64,000 nt of DNA from IMG/VR virus record IMGVR_UViG_3300029996_000158. One strand, given 5' to 3'. Positions 54,869-63,809 of this stretch are shown here, in pieces; positions within the stretch are counted from its first letter, which is position 1; each line of letters starts with the position of its first letter. Origin of the DNA: a virus. Both the position numbers and the translations under genes were made by a program. Under the pieces are notes generated by a model, which had not been told where the DNA came from, did no database searches, and saw only the letters and a list, made by a program, of their open reading frames with translations.

Positions 54869-55376
54869 ATTAATTTTCACAAGGGTAAGAGATGTACAAT
54901 TACCCAAGAGAGCAAATCAACATGATGCAGGAATAGACTTCTTCTGTCCAGTTCTAGATGATGAATTAATCCAAAGAATCAATGAAATTAATCAGGATAA
55001 GAATGTTATTATATCTCCTGATTTTATTATGGTAGCTCCTGGTGCAGATATAACAATCCCATCAGGGGTAAAAGTTTGGATAATGAATAAAGAATCTGCT
55101 TTAGTTGCAGCAAATAAATCTGGATTAGCAACAAAGTTTAGTATTCAATTCACTGCTCAAGTAATAGATGCAGATTACACTGGGGAAATTCATATTGGAA
55201 TAAGGAATCATGGAAAAGACTTCTTTATGATTAAACCTGGTGCAAAGTTAATACAATTCCTACATTTACCAATCATATTATCAGATATCATAGAGGTAGG
55301 TAATGATGGGTATAATGATATTGTTGATGGGAAATCAGATAGGGGAGAAGGAGGATTTGGTTCAACTGGATTTTGA
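54852..55376 (+). CDS. dut: dUTP pyrophosphatase (trimeric dUTPase)
   Basis: All five motifs are present: AGIDF, NKSGLATK, VIDADYTGEI, KLIQF, RGEGGFGSTGF. Confidence 0.9.
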   Translation: MEKNNELIFTRVRDVQLPKRANQHDAGIDFFCPVLDDELIQRINEINQDKNVIISPDFIMVAPGADITIPSGVKVWIMNKESALVAANKSGLATKFSIQFTAQVIDADYTGEIHIGIRNHGKDFFMIKPGAKLIQFLHLPIILSDIIEVGNDGYNDIVDGKSDRGEGGFGSTGF

Positions 55377-55452
55377 TTATGGAAAATACAAATATACAAC
55401 AAGAGTTAAATGATATTTATATCCCTGATTGGTATATTAAAGACTGAGTGAT

Positions 55453-56337
55453 ATGGATTCAAGAGATATAAAAGAAGAACCAAGTATTCCAAAAGATAAT
55501 AAGTATCTGGAATCAATATATGAAATGCAAAAACAACTACTAGATAGTTATATAAGCATTGAAGGGTTACCAAAATACCCATTAAATATAAACACAAAAA
55601 CCAATCAATTAATCCTAAAAGATTTTACTTCAAGGGTAATTGAGGAACTTGCAGAAGCTTATGAGAGTTTATTATTAGTGGAGGAATTAACAATAACAAA
55701 ACAAAATTGGTTCACTATATCATCAACTTCAATTGATTCTTTTGTTGAATGTATGAATCATTTGCAAAATGCAAGTGAAGAAATGGCAGATGCTTTACAT
55801 TTCTTCATTGAGTTGTTAATTTACACTAATATACAACCAGAAGATATTAATTCATACATTGAAAGTAAATTACCAAAGAATAAGAGACAAAACTTCTCAA
55901 ATACACTTGAATATGGGATGGCATTGGGTAAACAATGGTTAACAAATATGAACCAAGTACCAGATGTAAAGAAGAAGAATTTGGTAAACTTAATTCATAA
56001 GTATGAACAAGTAAAGGTTGATTTTGATATACCAGAGTATAATATTAAACTTTTACATTGTGGTGAAGACTACAATTATGAACTTTATAATTCATACAAA
56101 AGTTATCTTTGGGATATAACCTATGAACTGAATATATCAAGGAATTTCCTTAAAAATAAACCATGGAAGCAATCTCAAATGATGACCAATGAATCAGCTT
56201 ATCAAGAGGAGATAGTAAAGTCATTTATATTATTCCTTGGTACATTGAATATAATGGGAGTAAATGGAAGTAATCTGTATTATATTTACTTCAAGAAGAA
56301 TAAGATAAACCAATTCAGAATAAAATCTAAGTATTAA
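55453..56337 (+). CDS. All-alpha NTP pyrophosphohydrolase-like protein (MazG / dimeric dUTPase-dCTPase type)
   Basis: Acidic helix pattern VIEELAEAYE ... ASEEMADALHFFIELL ... NKPWKQ, as in dimeric dUTPase/MazG-like enzymes. At 294 aa it is longer than typical members. Confidence 0.5.
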   Translation: MDSRDIKEEPSIPKDNKYLESIYEMQKQLLDSYISIEGLPKYPLNINTKTNQLILKDFTSRVIEELAEAYESLLLVEELTITKQNWFTISSTSIDSFVECMNHLQNASEEMADALHFFIELLIYTNIQPEDINSYIESKLPKNKRQNFSNTLEYGMALGKQWLTNMNQVPDVKKKNLVNLIHKYEQVKVDFDIPEYNIKLLHCGEDYNYELYNSYKSYLWDITYELNISRNFLKNKPWKQSQMMTNESAYQEEIVKSFILFLGTLNIMGVNGSNLYYIYFKKNKINQFRIKSKY

Positions 56338-57329
56338 TGAAAAGTTTTGTATTTAAAACCGGAGATGAAGCTTGGGCAAGTATAAACAAAATGTTTATTG
56401 AACAAGATGAAAAATTAGGATTATTTTCTGATGGACAAGGGGCTTCAATAACTAATTCACTATATACTTATGGAATGTCAGTATTGATAGAAGAAGCCAA
56501 ATTTGACCCAGAATTTGATTTTGGGAAGATAATGGGTTATACTCAATCTAAATGGAGCAGTTTATTAAATAACTATTTGGACCTTGATTCATTGGATAAA
56601 TTAAAACTACAAATAAGGGAACTTGAAAAAAATAAAGCCATAAACAGAAATTATCATATTGGTTTTAATTTTGCAGATTCTCATGGTAATGGTAAAGGTT
56701 GCTTAGTTTCTGGGATGTTCTCAAGGATGATAGGTATTGATAAACCAAGGCTTACAATAGTAATGAGAGCTTCAGATGTTGTAACAAGGTTACCTTGGGA
56801 TTTATTATTGGCTATAAGAATGGGAGAATATGTTTTTGGTCATACAGAGTTTACCATAGAATTATTTATCCGTTCAGCTTTTGCAGATGATACTAGTTTA
56901 ATGCTTTATAATGGATATGAACCCATAGAACCCATCATTGAGAAAATAAAAAATGAAGAAAGGAGAAAGAGATTAAAGAAAGCATTAAAAAGAGTAAAGA
57001 AAGCATCAGAAAAAGGTGATGACCCAAAATATCAAGCTTATATGAGGGTATATAAGATATTCAGCCCAGAGAAATATGGTAAAGAATTTAAATCACTTTT
57101 TGCTAAGGATTGCATTATTGGTAATTGGGATGGAATACCATTGCCAGAAGTATGCCCCTCTATACTTGTAAGGAATCAAATAAAGAAGGTATACTTAAAA
57201 TTTGTGAACAAGTATAACCTAAATATCTTTTCAAGTGTAGATACCAAAAAGAAACTGATAAAGTTTAAGGAAAGTGATGGTTCCATAACTGATTCAATTG
57301 AAGATTTAGGTGAAGAAGATGAACAATAA
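56337..57329 (+). CDS. Divergent thymidylate-synthase-fold-like protein, paralogue A
   Basis: Its block order resembles ThyA. IRELEKNKAINRNYHIGF resembles LKNDPDSRRIIVSAW. GKGCLVSGMF...LTIVMRASDVVTRLPWDLLL resembles APCHAFFQF...QLYQRSCDVFLGLPFNI. It lacks the PC, QRS and DxH signatures. Confidence 0.4.
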   Translation: MKSFVFKTGDEAWASINKMFIEQDEKLGLFSDGQGASITNSLYTYGMSVLIEEAKFDPEFDFGKIMGYTQSKWSSLLNNYLDLDSLDKLKLQIRELEKNKAINRNYHIGFNFADSHGNGKGCLVSGMFSRMIGIDKPRLTIVMRASDVVTRLPWDLLLAIRMGEYVFGHTEFTIELFIRSAFADDTSLMLYNGYEPIEPIIEKIKNEERRKRLKKALKRVKKASEKGDDPKYQAYMRVYKIFSPEKYGKEFKSLFAKDCIIGNWDGIPLPEVCPSILVRNQIKKVYLKFVNKYNLNIFSSVDTKKKLIKFKESDGSITDSIEDLGEEDEQ

Positions 57330-58074
57330 TATAATTTGGTTTCCAGACCCTCTTCTAGCTTGGGAATATTTTAATGAAGCATTTCTAAGTGGGGAAGGGG
57401 GTCTCCCTTTTGTATTTCATACAACAACTGCTACTTATGTGTATGATTTAGTATTTGGTATAGTAGACCCAAGATTACCAAATAACATTGATTTTGGGAA
57501 ATTATTCAATTATTCCTCAGCAAAATGGACATTACTAGTATCTAATTATTTAGATAGGTATGTTATGGATAATACCAAACGAGAGGTTACTAGTCTACAT
57601 AAAAAGGGGTTGGTATATAATTATTCAATGCCTTTTACCAATAACCATAGTCACGGTAAGAAATGTCTATTATCAGTAGTTTTTAGTAAAAGATGTAATG
57701 AAACTAATCCTACAATATCCGTTTATTTAAGGGCATCTGAAGTAACAAAAAGGTTAATATTTGATTTCCTCCTTATTCAGAGGATAGGGGAATATGTTTA
57801 TGGTAACAATAACTTTAAAATGGTATTCCATGTAAACCAGATGTTCAATGATAATACAGTATTATTAATGTATCATGCTTATAAAGATATTAAAGGCATT
57901 TTAAAGAATAAAAAGGATAAGAGAAGTATAAAACTATTGGAAAATTTAAATATTTTTCTAGAGAAGCCAATAGATAGCATAAAATATAAAATCCATAAAA
58001 GGGTTGCAAAAGTTTTACAAAAGGGTATAAAAAAACCAAAAACATTAGTTAAGGATTGCAAACTACCATTTTGA
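57310..58074 (+). CDS. Divergent thymidylate-synthase-fold-like protein, paralogue B
   Basis: It parallels 56337..57329: DFGKLFNYSSAKWTLLVSNYLD, HGKKCLLSVVF, ISVYLRASEVTKRLIFDFLLIQRIGEYVYG. Confidence 0.4.
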   Translation: MKKMNNNIIWFPDPLLAWEYFNEAFLSGEGGLPFVFHTTTATYVYDLVFGIVDPRLPNNIDFGKLFNYSSAKWTLLVSNYLDRYVMDNTKREVTSLHKKGLVYNYSMPFTNNHSHGKKCLLSVVFSKRCNETNPTISVYLRASEVTKRLIFDFLLIQRIGEYVYGNNNFKMVFHVNQMFNDNTVLLMYHAYKDIKGILKNKKDKRSIKLLENLNIFLEKPIDSIKYKIHKRVAKVLQKGIKKPKTLVKDCKLPF

Positions 58075-58119
58075 TAACATAGAAATCTATTCTTATTAAA
58101 CCAATTAAACTTATTAGAT

Positions 58120-58854
58120 ATGAGAATTTATGATGATTGCTATGAATTAATGTCTGAGATGGGCAGAAATTTATGGGAAATGGGTTCTATAGTTAAACCT
58201 AAAACCTATCAAAATAAATCAATAGAAGGCAATGATAATTTTATAACAAAAGAACTTATTTGTGAACAATATTGCTTAACTAGAATGCCAGACCCAGAAT
58301 TTTTATTTACATATACAAAATGTAGAGAATGGGCAGATTTAGAGTTTCAAGAAAGAATATCCAATATGGAATGTAATCCAGGTGAAGCTTGGAAATTACG
58401 TAAAGATGTATGGGAAGAATTTTTGAATGATGAGGGTAAATTTGATTATACCTATTCAGAAAGAATGTTTTTAAATTTACCAAGGTTGATAGATTTATTA
58501 AAATCAGACAATGATACTAGAAAAGCAGTATTACCTATATTTAATGGTAATTATGAGGATGATACTGATTATTATAATGGTAAAAAACGTATCCCTTGTT
58601 CAATGTATTATGATTTTTTAGTAAGAGAAAATCAGAAAGGAGAAAAGGTATTAAATATTTGTTATCATCAAAGAAGTTCTGATTTTATAACCCATTTTGG
58701 TAATGATGTTTATCTTGCCTGGAAACTTATGGAATATGTTGCCAATAATATTGGGGTAAAAGCTGGTTATTTATACCATACAATAGATTCTATACATTCC
58801 TATAAAAAGGACTGGATTTTATTAAAAACATCATTAAATGATTTAAGAAGGTAA
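58120..58854 (+). CDS. Thymidylate synthase family enzyme (TS or pyrimidine hydroxymethylase; specificity unresolved)
   Basis: LLKSDNDTRKAVLPIFN, RIPCSMYYDF (catalytic PC), ICYHQRSSDFITHFGND (QRSxD), DSIHSY (DxHxY). Confidence 0.75.
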   Translation: MRIYDDCYELMSEMGRNLWEMGSIVKPKTYQNKSIEGNDNFITKELICEQYCLTRMPDPEFLFTYTKCREWADLEFQERISNMECNPGEAWKLRKDVWEEFLNDEGKFDYTYSERMFLNLPRLIDLLKSDNDTRKAVLPIFNGNYEDDTDYYNGKKRIPCSMYYDFLVRENQKGEKVLNICYHQRSSDFITHFGNDVYLAWKLMEYVANNIGVKAGYLYHTIDSIHSYKKDWILLKTSLNDLRR

Positions 58855-58861
58855 TATATAT

Positions 58862-61800
58862 ATGAAAACCAGGTATCATATAATAAAGAATCGCAATGAA
58901 TTAGAAAAATTAGTAGAAGCATGCCTAAAAACTGGGTATGCTTCTGTTGACTTTGAAACTAATGCTGAACCAATATACAATGATACATTTAAACCAACCA
59001 TATTATCAGTAACTTTTCAACCTGGTTCTGGGGTATCAATCCCTTTACAACATTTTGAATGTGATAAGTTACATGTTAATAAAACTTGGTTAGAATGGTT
59101 AACTTATTTTGGTAGAAATGTAATTGAAAATCCAAATATAGTAAAGATAGCTTGGAACTGGAAATTTGATAATCAGATATTCCAAAGGTATAATATATAT
59201 TCAAGAGGTACTGTAATAGATGGGATGCTTGCTAAATACCTTTTAAATGAGGAAAGACCAAATGGTTTAAAGGATATGGTAAGAAGGTTTTTACCAGAAT
59301 TTTCTGATTATGAGAAATATGATTCCTTTGATTCAATCCCATGGTCAAAGAAACCCTTAAAAAAACTATGTGAATATGGTTGTATGGATACTGATTTTAC
59401 TTTTAGATTATCCATATTCTTTGAATCATTCCTAATCAAAAAAGGGTTTTATAATTTGTATAGGAATCTTATAATGTCAGCAAGTAAGGTATTACAAAGT
59501 GCTGAAAAAGCTGGTTTACCATTTGATATAGAATTAAATACCAAATTAAGGGAAAAATATAATAACCTTATAAATGAATATAATACCAAATTAAGGTCAA
59601 TAAGAACAGTTCAGAGATATCAAAATTATATAATAAAGAAAAGAAAAGAAGATTATATTGAAACTCTAGAAAATGAAATAGAAGAATTAAGGGAAGAGGG
59701 AAAAGATAGACAAGTAAAAACAAGGGAACAAAAATTATCCAGAATAATAGCTGGGGAGTATACAACAAAAAGTGAATTAAAATTAATTGAACCCATAAAC
59801 TTTAGTTCACAAAAACAAATGGTGGATTTATTATATAATTCTAATCATGGGTTTAAGTTACCAATAATTGCTTATACAATTGATAAACATAAAAAACCAA
59901 CAAATAACCCATCAACCGCAGAAGATATTTTAATAAAATTAAAAGAACATGATAAATCTGGGTTTATTGATACTCTTTTAGATTTAAGAGGAGTACAAAC
60001 AATAAATTCTACTTTTATTGTTGGGTTAGGGGATTTAGTACAAAGTGATAATAGAGTACACCCAACCTTTCTTATTCATGGTTGTGTATCATGTAATACT
60101 AAATTGATAGGTAAAGAAAATGATATAAGGATAGAGGATATATGTCCTAAAGAAGTAGGGGTATTAAATGTAGAAGATAAGGATATATGGGTATTATCTC
60201 ATGAGGGTACTTGGGAACAAGTAACACATACCATAAATAAGGGCAAACAACCCTTATATAAAATCACTACTAAAGATGGTGATATATTAAGGTGTACAAA
60301 GGAACATAAACTTTTAACACCAAAGGGGTGGAAGAGGGTATCATATATATTTAAGCATAACCTAAACGTGGTAATGTATGATACTTCAAAATTAGATATA
60401 ACTAAACCAATTGTAGGTAAAAAATATGATGAGATAATATTTAGGGATATACCAGGTTGGGATGGGTACATAGCTTCATCAGAGGGCAAAATATATTCAG
60501 TAAAAATCCCAGGTGGAAGGGGTATGTTGGATTATAATCATCCACATGAATTAGTTCCAAGGGAATGGAAACCTGGGAGGTTAAGAGTGTATCTGAGGAA
60601 TAACTCTAAAAAGAAGTATTCTTTCTCAGTGTCCCATTTGGTATGGATGGCTTTTAATAATAAGTTACATATACCAGAAAAGATGGTAATAGACCATATA
60701 AATTGTAATACTCTTGATAATAGACCTGAGAATCTACAGTGTATAACCTATTCAGAAAATATAAAGAGAGCTTATACATGTACTAGAACAGCATTTACTA
60801 GTAATGGTATTAATGGTACTAATAAATTTAATACACTGACCATTTCTAAAGTACTAGAAGATTATCAGAATGGGCATACTCAAGCAGAAATATGTGAAAG
60901 GTATAATATATCCCAAAAACAGGTATCAGGTATAGTTAATGGTCAGAGGAGAAAAGATATATATCTAACAAAATTGGTATCAATGGAATATGAGGGGGAG
61001 AAGACCATATATGATTTATCAGTAAATGATAAGCATAGTTATATAACTAGGTCGAACTTTATAAACTCCAATACAGTTAGCGGAAGATTGTCAAGTAGAA
61101 ATCCCAATGGTCAAAATATACCAAAGACCATGGTAAATCCAGATGTTAAATTGCAATTTATTCCCCCAAAAAATCAATTATTCCTATGTTATGATTATTC
61201 ACAAGCTGAATTGAGAATATTAGCACATTTAGCAAATGAAGATACAATGTTGGAGTGGTTTAGAACTGGAAGGGATATCCATCTTGCTTCAGCCTGTAAA
61301 AAATATCATGAGGATTATGATAAAATAATTAAGATATATCAAGATGAACAGCATCCTGAATATAAATTATGGAAAAAGAGGAGAAAGCAAGCGAAGACTA
61401 TAAATTTTGGGATAGTTTATGAACAATCAGCTGCAAAATTAGCTGAAAGTTTATCTACTCCAGAAGAACCAGTATCAAAAGAAGAAGGTCAACAATTTCT
61501 AGATGATTACTTTAAAACCTTCCCAAAAATAAAAAAATTCATGGAAAGACAACATAAGTTCATGGAAAAACATGGATATTGTGTTTCACTTTTTGGTAGA
61601 AGGAGAAGATGTCCAAAAGTATATTCAGAGAATTATGGGGAATATCTTGAAGCATTAAGACAAAGCACAAACATGCCATGTCAAAGTGCAGCTTCAGATA
61701 TGGCACTATTTGCTTCTGTTATTGTATATAATAAAGTAAAAAAAGGGGAATTACCCCCAATGAAAGAAGTAAATACTGTACATGACTCTGTATATCAATT

Positions 61801-62107
61801 TATTTTACCTAAATATATTACACCAGATACCATATATAATATATGGGATATATGCAGAAACCCATCTACAAAGGAATATTTTGGATTCTCAATTGATGAT
61901 GTAGATATGTCAATGGATTTTACTATTGGTAGAAATATGGCAGAGGAATTACCATATATTCCCGGGTATGATTATAATAAATTACTAAGAGATGATTTTG
62001 ATATAGATGAGTATTATAAAGAGTATAATAAGTATCGGGATATATCAATATCTGAATACCCCAATAAATTCAAAAAATACTTTAAGGAATCATGGAGAAA
62101 AAGGTAA
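58862..62107 (+). CDS. polA: Family A DNA polymerase with 3'-5' exonuclease, interrupted by an intein
   Basis: Exo motifs SVDFETN, NWKFDNQIF and YGCMDTDF. Pol motif A LCYDYSQAELRILAHL, motif B RRKQAKTINFGIVYEQS, motif C VHDSVYQF. The TGRLSS block (TVSGRLSSRNPNGQNIP) is separated from HPTFLIHG by a 330-aa insert. Confidence 0.9.
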   Translation: MKTRYHIIKNRNELEKLVEACLKTGYASVDFETNAEPIYNDTFKPTILSVTFQPGSGVSIPLQHFECDKLHVNKTWLEWLTYFGRNVIENPNIVKIAWNWKFDNQIFQRYNIYSRGTVIDGMLAKYLLNEERPNGLKDMVRRFLPEFSDYEKYDSFDSIPWSKKPLKKLCEYGCMDTDFTFRLSIFFESFLIKKGFYNLYRNLIMSASKVLQSAEKAGLPFDIELNTKLREKYNNLINEYNTKLRSIRTVQRYQNYIIKKRKEDYIETLENEIEELREEGKDRQVKTREQKLSRIIAGEYTTKSELKLIEPINFSSQKQMVDLLYNSNHGFKLPIIAYTIDKHKKPTNNPSTAEDILIKLKEHDKSGFIDTLLDLRGVQTINSTFIVGLGDLVQSDNRVHPTFLIHGCVSCNTKLIGKENDIRIEDICPKEVGVLNVEDKDIWVLSHEGTWEQVTHTINKGKQPLYKITTKDGDILRCTKEHKLLTPKGWKRVSYIFKHNLNVVMYDTSKLDITKPIVGKKYDEIIFRDIPGWDGYIASSEGKIYSVKIPGGRGMLDYNHPHELVPREWKPGRLRVYLRNNSKKKYSFSVSHLVWMAFNNKLHIPEKMVIDHINCNTLDNRPENLQCITYSENIKRAYTCTRTAFTSNGINGTNKFNTLTISKVLEDYQNGHTQAEICERYNISQKQVSGIVNGQRRKDIYLTKLVSMEYEGEKTIYDLSVNDKHSYITRSNFINSNTVSGRLSSRNPNGQNIPKTMVNPDVKLQFIPPKNQLFLCYDYSQAELRILAHLANEDTMLEWFRTGRDIHLASACKKYHEDYDKIIKIYQDEQHPEYKLWKKRRKQAKTINFGIVYEQSAAKLAESLSTPEEPVSKEEGQQFLDDYFKTFPKIKKFMERQHKFMEKHGYCVSLFGRRRRCPKVYSENYGEYLEALRQSTNMPCQSAASDMALFASVIVYNKVKKGELPPMKEVNTVHDSVYQFILPKYITPDTIYNIWDICRNPSTKEYFGFSIDDVDMSMDFTIGRNMAEELPYIPGYDYNKLLRDDFDIDEYYKEYNKYRDISISEYPNKFKKYFKESWRKR
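60083..61072 (+). mobile_element. Intein (330 aa) with nested HNH homing endonuclease
   Basis: It starts at Cys408 (CVSCNTKL, block A) and has block B DILRCTKEHKLLT (TxxH). It ends ...IYDLSVNDKHSYITRSNFINSN, followed by Thr (+1). The interior holds WDGYIASSEGKIYS (NUMOD4-like), IDHINCNTLDNRPENLQCITYSENIKRA (HNH) and an HTH (AEICERYNISQKQVSGIV). Confidence 0.8.
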
Positions 62108-62532
62108 AATTAAGTGAGATAAACGATAATATAATAAAGGTAAAATATAAGGGAAAAATCCTAATTATAAATATCTCAGAAGAACTTTCAATTAATGAGA
62201 ATATAATTAACAGTCAATTAAAAAATATTCCCTCTAACTATGCCTTTTTATGCTCTATACGTGATGATTATATTAAAAAGAGGGATAGATTAGAAAGGGA
62301 AAAAGACCTTGCATATAGTGAGGCTTGGTTGTTTTATAAAACCTCAGATAGTAAGATAAATAATGATACCGTATCTCATAAAGCTTTAACTAATAGAAAA
62401 TATAAGTCTGTTGAGGATAAGTATTTAAAAGCTGTAGATAAAGCAAATAGGTTAATAAGTATATGTAAAGCATATGAATCAAGAGAAAGAATAATACAAA
62501 CTATATCAGCAAACTTAAGAAAACAACAATAA
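62092..62532 (+). CDS. Hypothetical protein (possible UvsY-like recombination mediator)
   Basis: 146-aa helical protein next to the gp32-like SSB. Its loose resemblance to T4 UvsY in size and block order was judged by eye only. Confidence 0.3.
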   Translation: MEKKVKLSEINDNIIKVKYKGKILIINISEELSINENIINSQLKNIPSNYAFLCSIRDDYIKKRDRLEREKDLAYSEAWLFYKTSDSKINNDTVSHKALTNRKYKSVEDKYLKAVDKANRLISICKAYESRERIIQTISANLRKQQ

Positions 62533-62543
62533 AACAAAAAATT

Positions 62544-62915
62544 ATGAGAGTAGATTTAAATCTTATCAGTTCATCAGTTGCAAAGGAACTTAGCAAACAT
62601 TTAATCGGGTTACCATCAGAGAATAGGGTATTACTAGCATTACCAGATGAAGAAAAGAAAGTAGGTAATATAATATTACCAGGAAATGTAACTGAGGGAG
62701 TACCTAAATTAGGAGTTATAGTAAAAAGAGGTCCTATAACAGAAGAATATAATAGTTATTTGGATTCAGTAGAGATTGGTAATATTATATTCTTTGGTAA
62801 TTATGCTGGTAAAGAGATAGAACCTTCATTTACAGAGAATTATGAAATACCTAAATTGAAATTCACAGTACTATCTTTAAATGAGATTATATATTGGGAA
62901 CCTCAAAATAATTAA
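62544..62915 (+). CDS. groES: Co-chaperonin GroES / T4 gp31-like
   Basis: ENRVLLALPDEEKKVGNIILPGNVTEGVPKLGVIVKRGP...IGNIIFFGNYAGKEIE follows the Cpn10 pattern. Confidence 0.65.
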   Translation: MRVDLNLISSSVAKELSKHLIGLPSENRVLLALPDEEKKVGNIILPGNVTEGVPKLGVIVKRGPITEEYNSYLDSVEIGNIIFFGNYAGKEIEPSFTENYEIPKLKFTVLSLNEIIYWEPQNN

Positions 62916-62918
62916 AAT

Positions 62919-63725
62919 ATGGGAAAGAAAAAAGTTAAAAAACCATCATCAACCATGAGTACAAGGGAGAGAATGATGGCAAGGAAAAAACAATTTGAAA
63001 CAAAGGGTTCAAATTCTGGTATTATTTACCCAAAAGAGGGTACAATGAGATTAAGATTAATATCTCAGGGACCAGATAAAGAACTTGGTTTGGAGATTAT
63101 TCAATTCTATCTTGGTAAAGAAAAAGGTGGTATAATTTCACCAGCTACTTTTGATGAACCATGCCCATTCATGGAAAAATACAGGGAACTAAAATCCTCA
63201 TCAGATGAAGATGACCAAAAGTTAGCAAAGAATCTTTCCCCAAGAAAAAGATATATAATGGGTTGTACCTGTTATAAAGATAATAATGGAAAGGAAATAG
63301 ACCAAGATAGGATTAGAAAACCAATATTATTCCCAAATTCAGTATATAGGGATATAACTGATTTATACCTTGATGAAGATGATTGGGGAGATATGACTGA
63401 CCCAGAAAATGGTTATGATATTAAAATAACAAGGTCTGGTAATGGTTTAATGGACACTACATATTCAGTATCCCCATGCCCAAATAGGAAACCTCTAAAA
63501 CCAAAATACGTAGAAGATATGGATTTAGAGGAAATAATAAGGGGTCATATAAAATCTTATGATGAATTGGAGGAAATGCTAGATGAGTATTTAAATGGGT
63601 CATCAAGTTCAAAAGATGACGATGATGACTTATCAGTAAAACCAAAGAAAAAAGATAAAGATTCAAAAAAGAAAAAAAAGAAGAAAGAAAAGAGTTATGA
63701 TGACGATGATGACTTACCATTTTAA
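62919..63725 (+). CDS. Single-stranded DNA-binding protein (T4 gp32-like)
   Basis: Block order resembles gp32 (MRLRLISQGPD, EPCPFMEKY, KRYIMGCTCYKD, DMTDPENGYDIKITRSG...YSVSPC). It has an acidic/basic low-complexity tail ending DDDDDLPF. Confidence 0.6.
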   Translation: MGKKKVKKPSSTMSTRERMMARKKQFETKGSNSGIIYPKEGTMRLRLISQGPDKELGLEIIQFYLGKEKGGIISPATFDEPCPFMEKYRELKSSSDEDDQKLAKNLSPRKRYIMGCTCYKDNNGKEIDQDRIRKPILFPNSVYRDITDLYLDEDDWGDMTDPENGYDIKITRSGNGLMDTTYSVSPCPNRKPLKPKYVEDMDLEEIIRGHIKSYDELEEMLDEYLNGSSSSKDDDDDLSVKPKKKDKDSKKKKKKKEKSYDDDDDLPF

Positions 63726-63751
63726 TTAGTTTGAGATAATTCCTTTTCTAT

Positions 63752-63787
63752 AAAGCCAGGGTAATTATTATTCTGGCTTTATTTTTC
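63752..63787 (+). terminator. Rho-independent terminator
   Basis: AAAGCCAG (63752..63759) / CTGGCTTT (63773..63780), followed by ATTTTT. Confidence 0.65.
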
Positions 63788-63809
63788 TAAATTCAAAAAA
63801 AACTTAATT

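Noticed and set aside
3808-63720. All remaining antisense or alternative-frame track ORFs of 60-147 aa nested in long plus-strand genes. Examples are 3808..4086, 5503..5847, 20011..20232, 26742..27122, 32270..32713, 33164..33478, 38476..39552, 54442..54762, 60199..60489 and 63457..63720.
   Set aside because: Each lies entirely within a longer ORF that has recognisable motifs or operon coupling. Their compositions are typical of antisense frames in AT-rich DNA.
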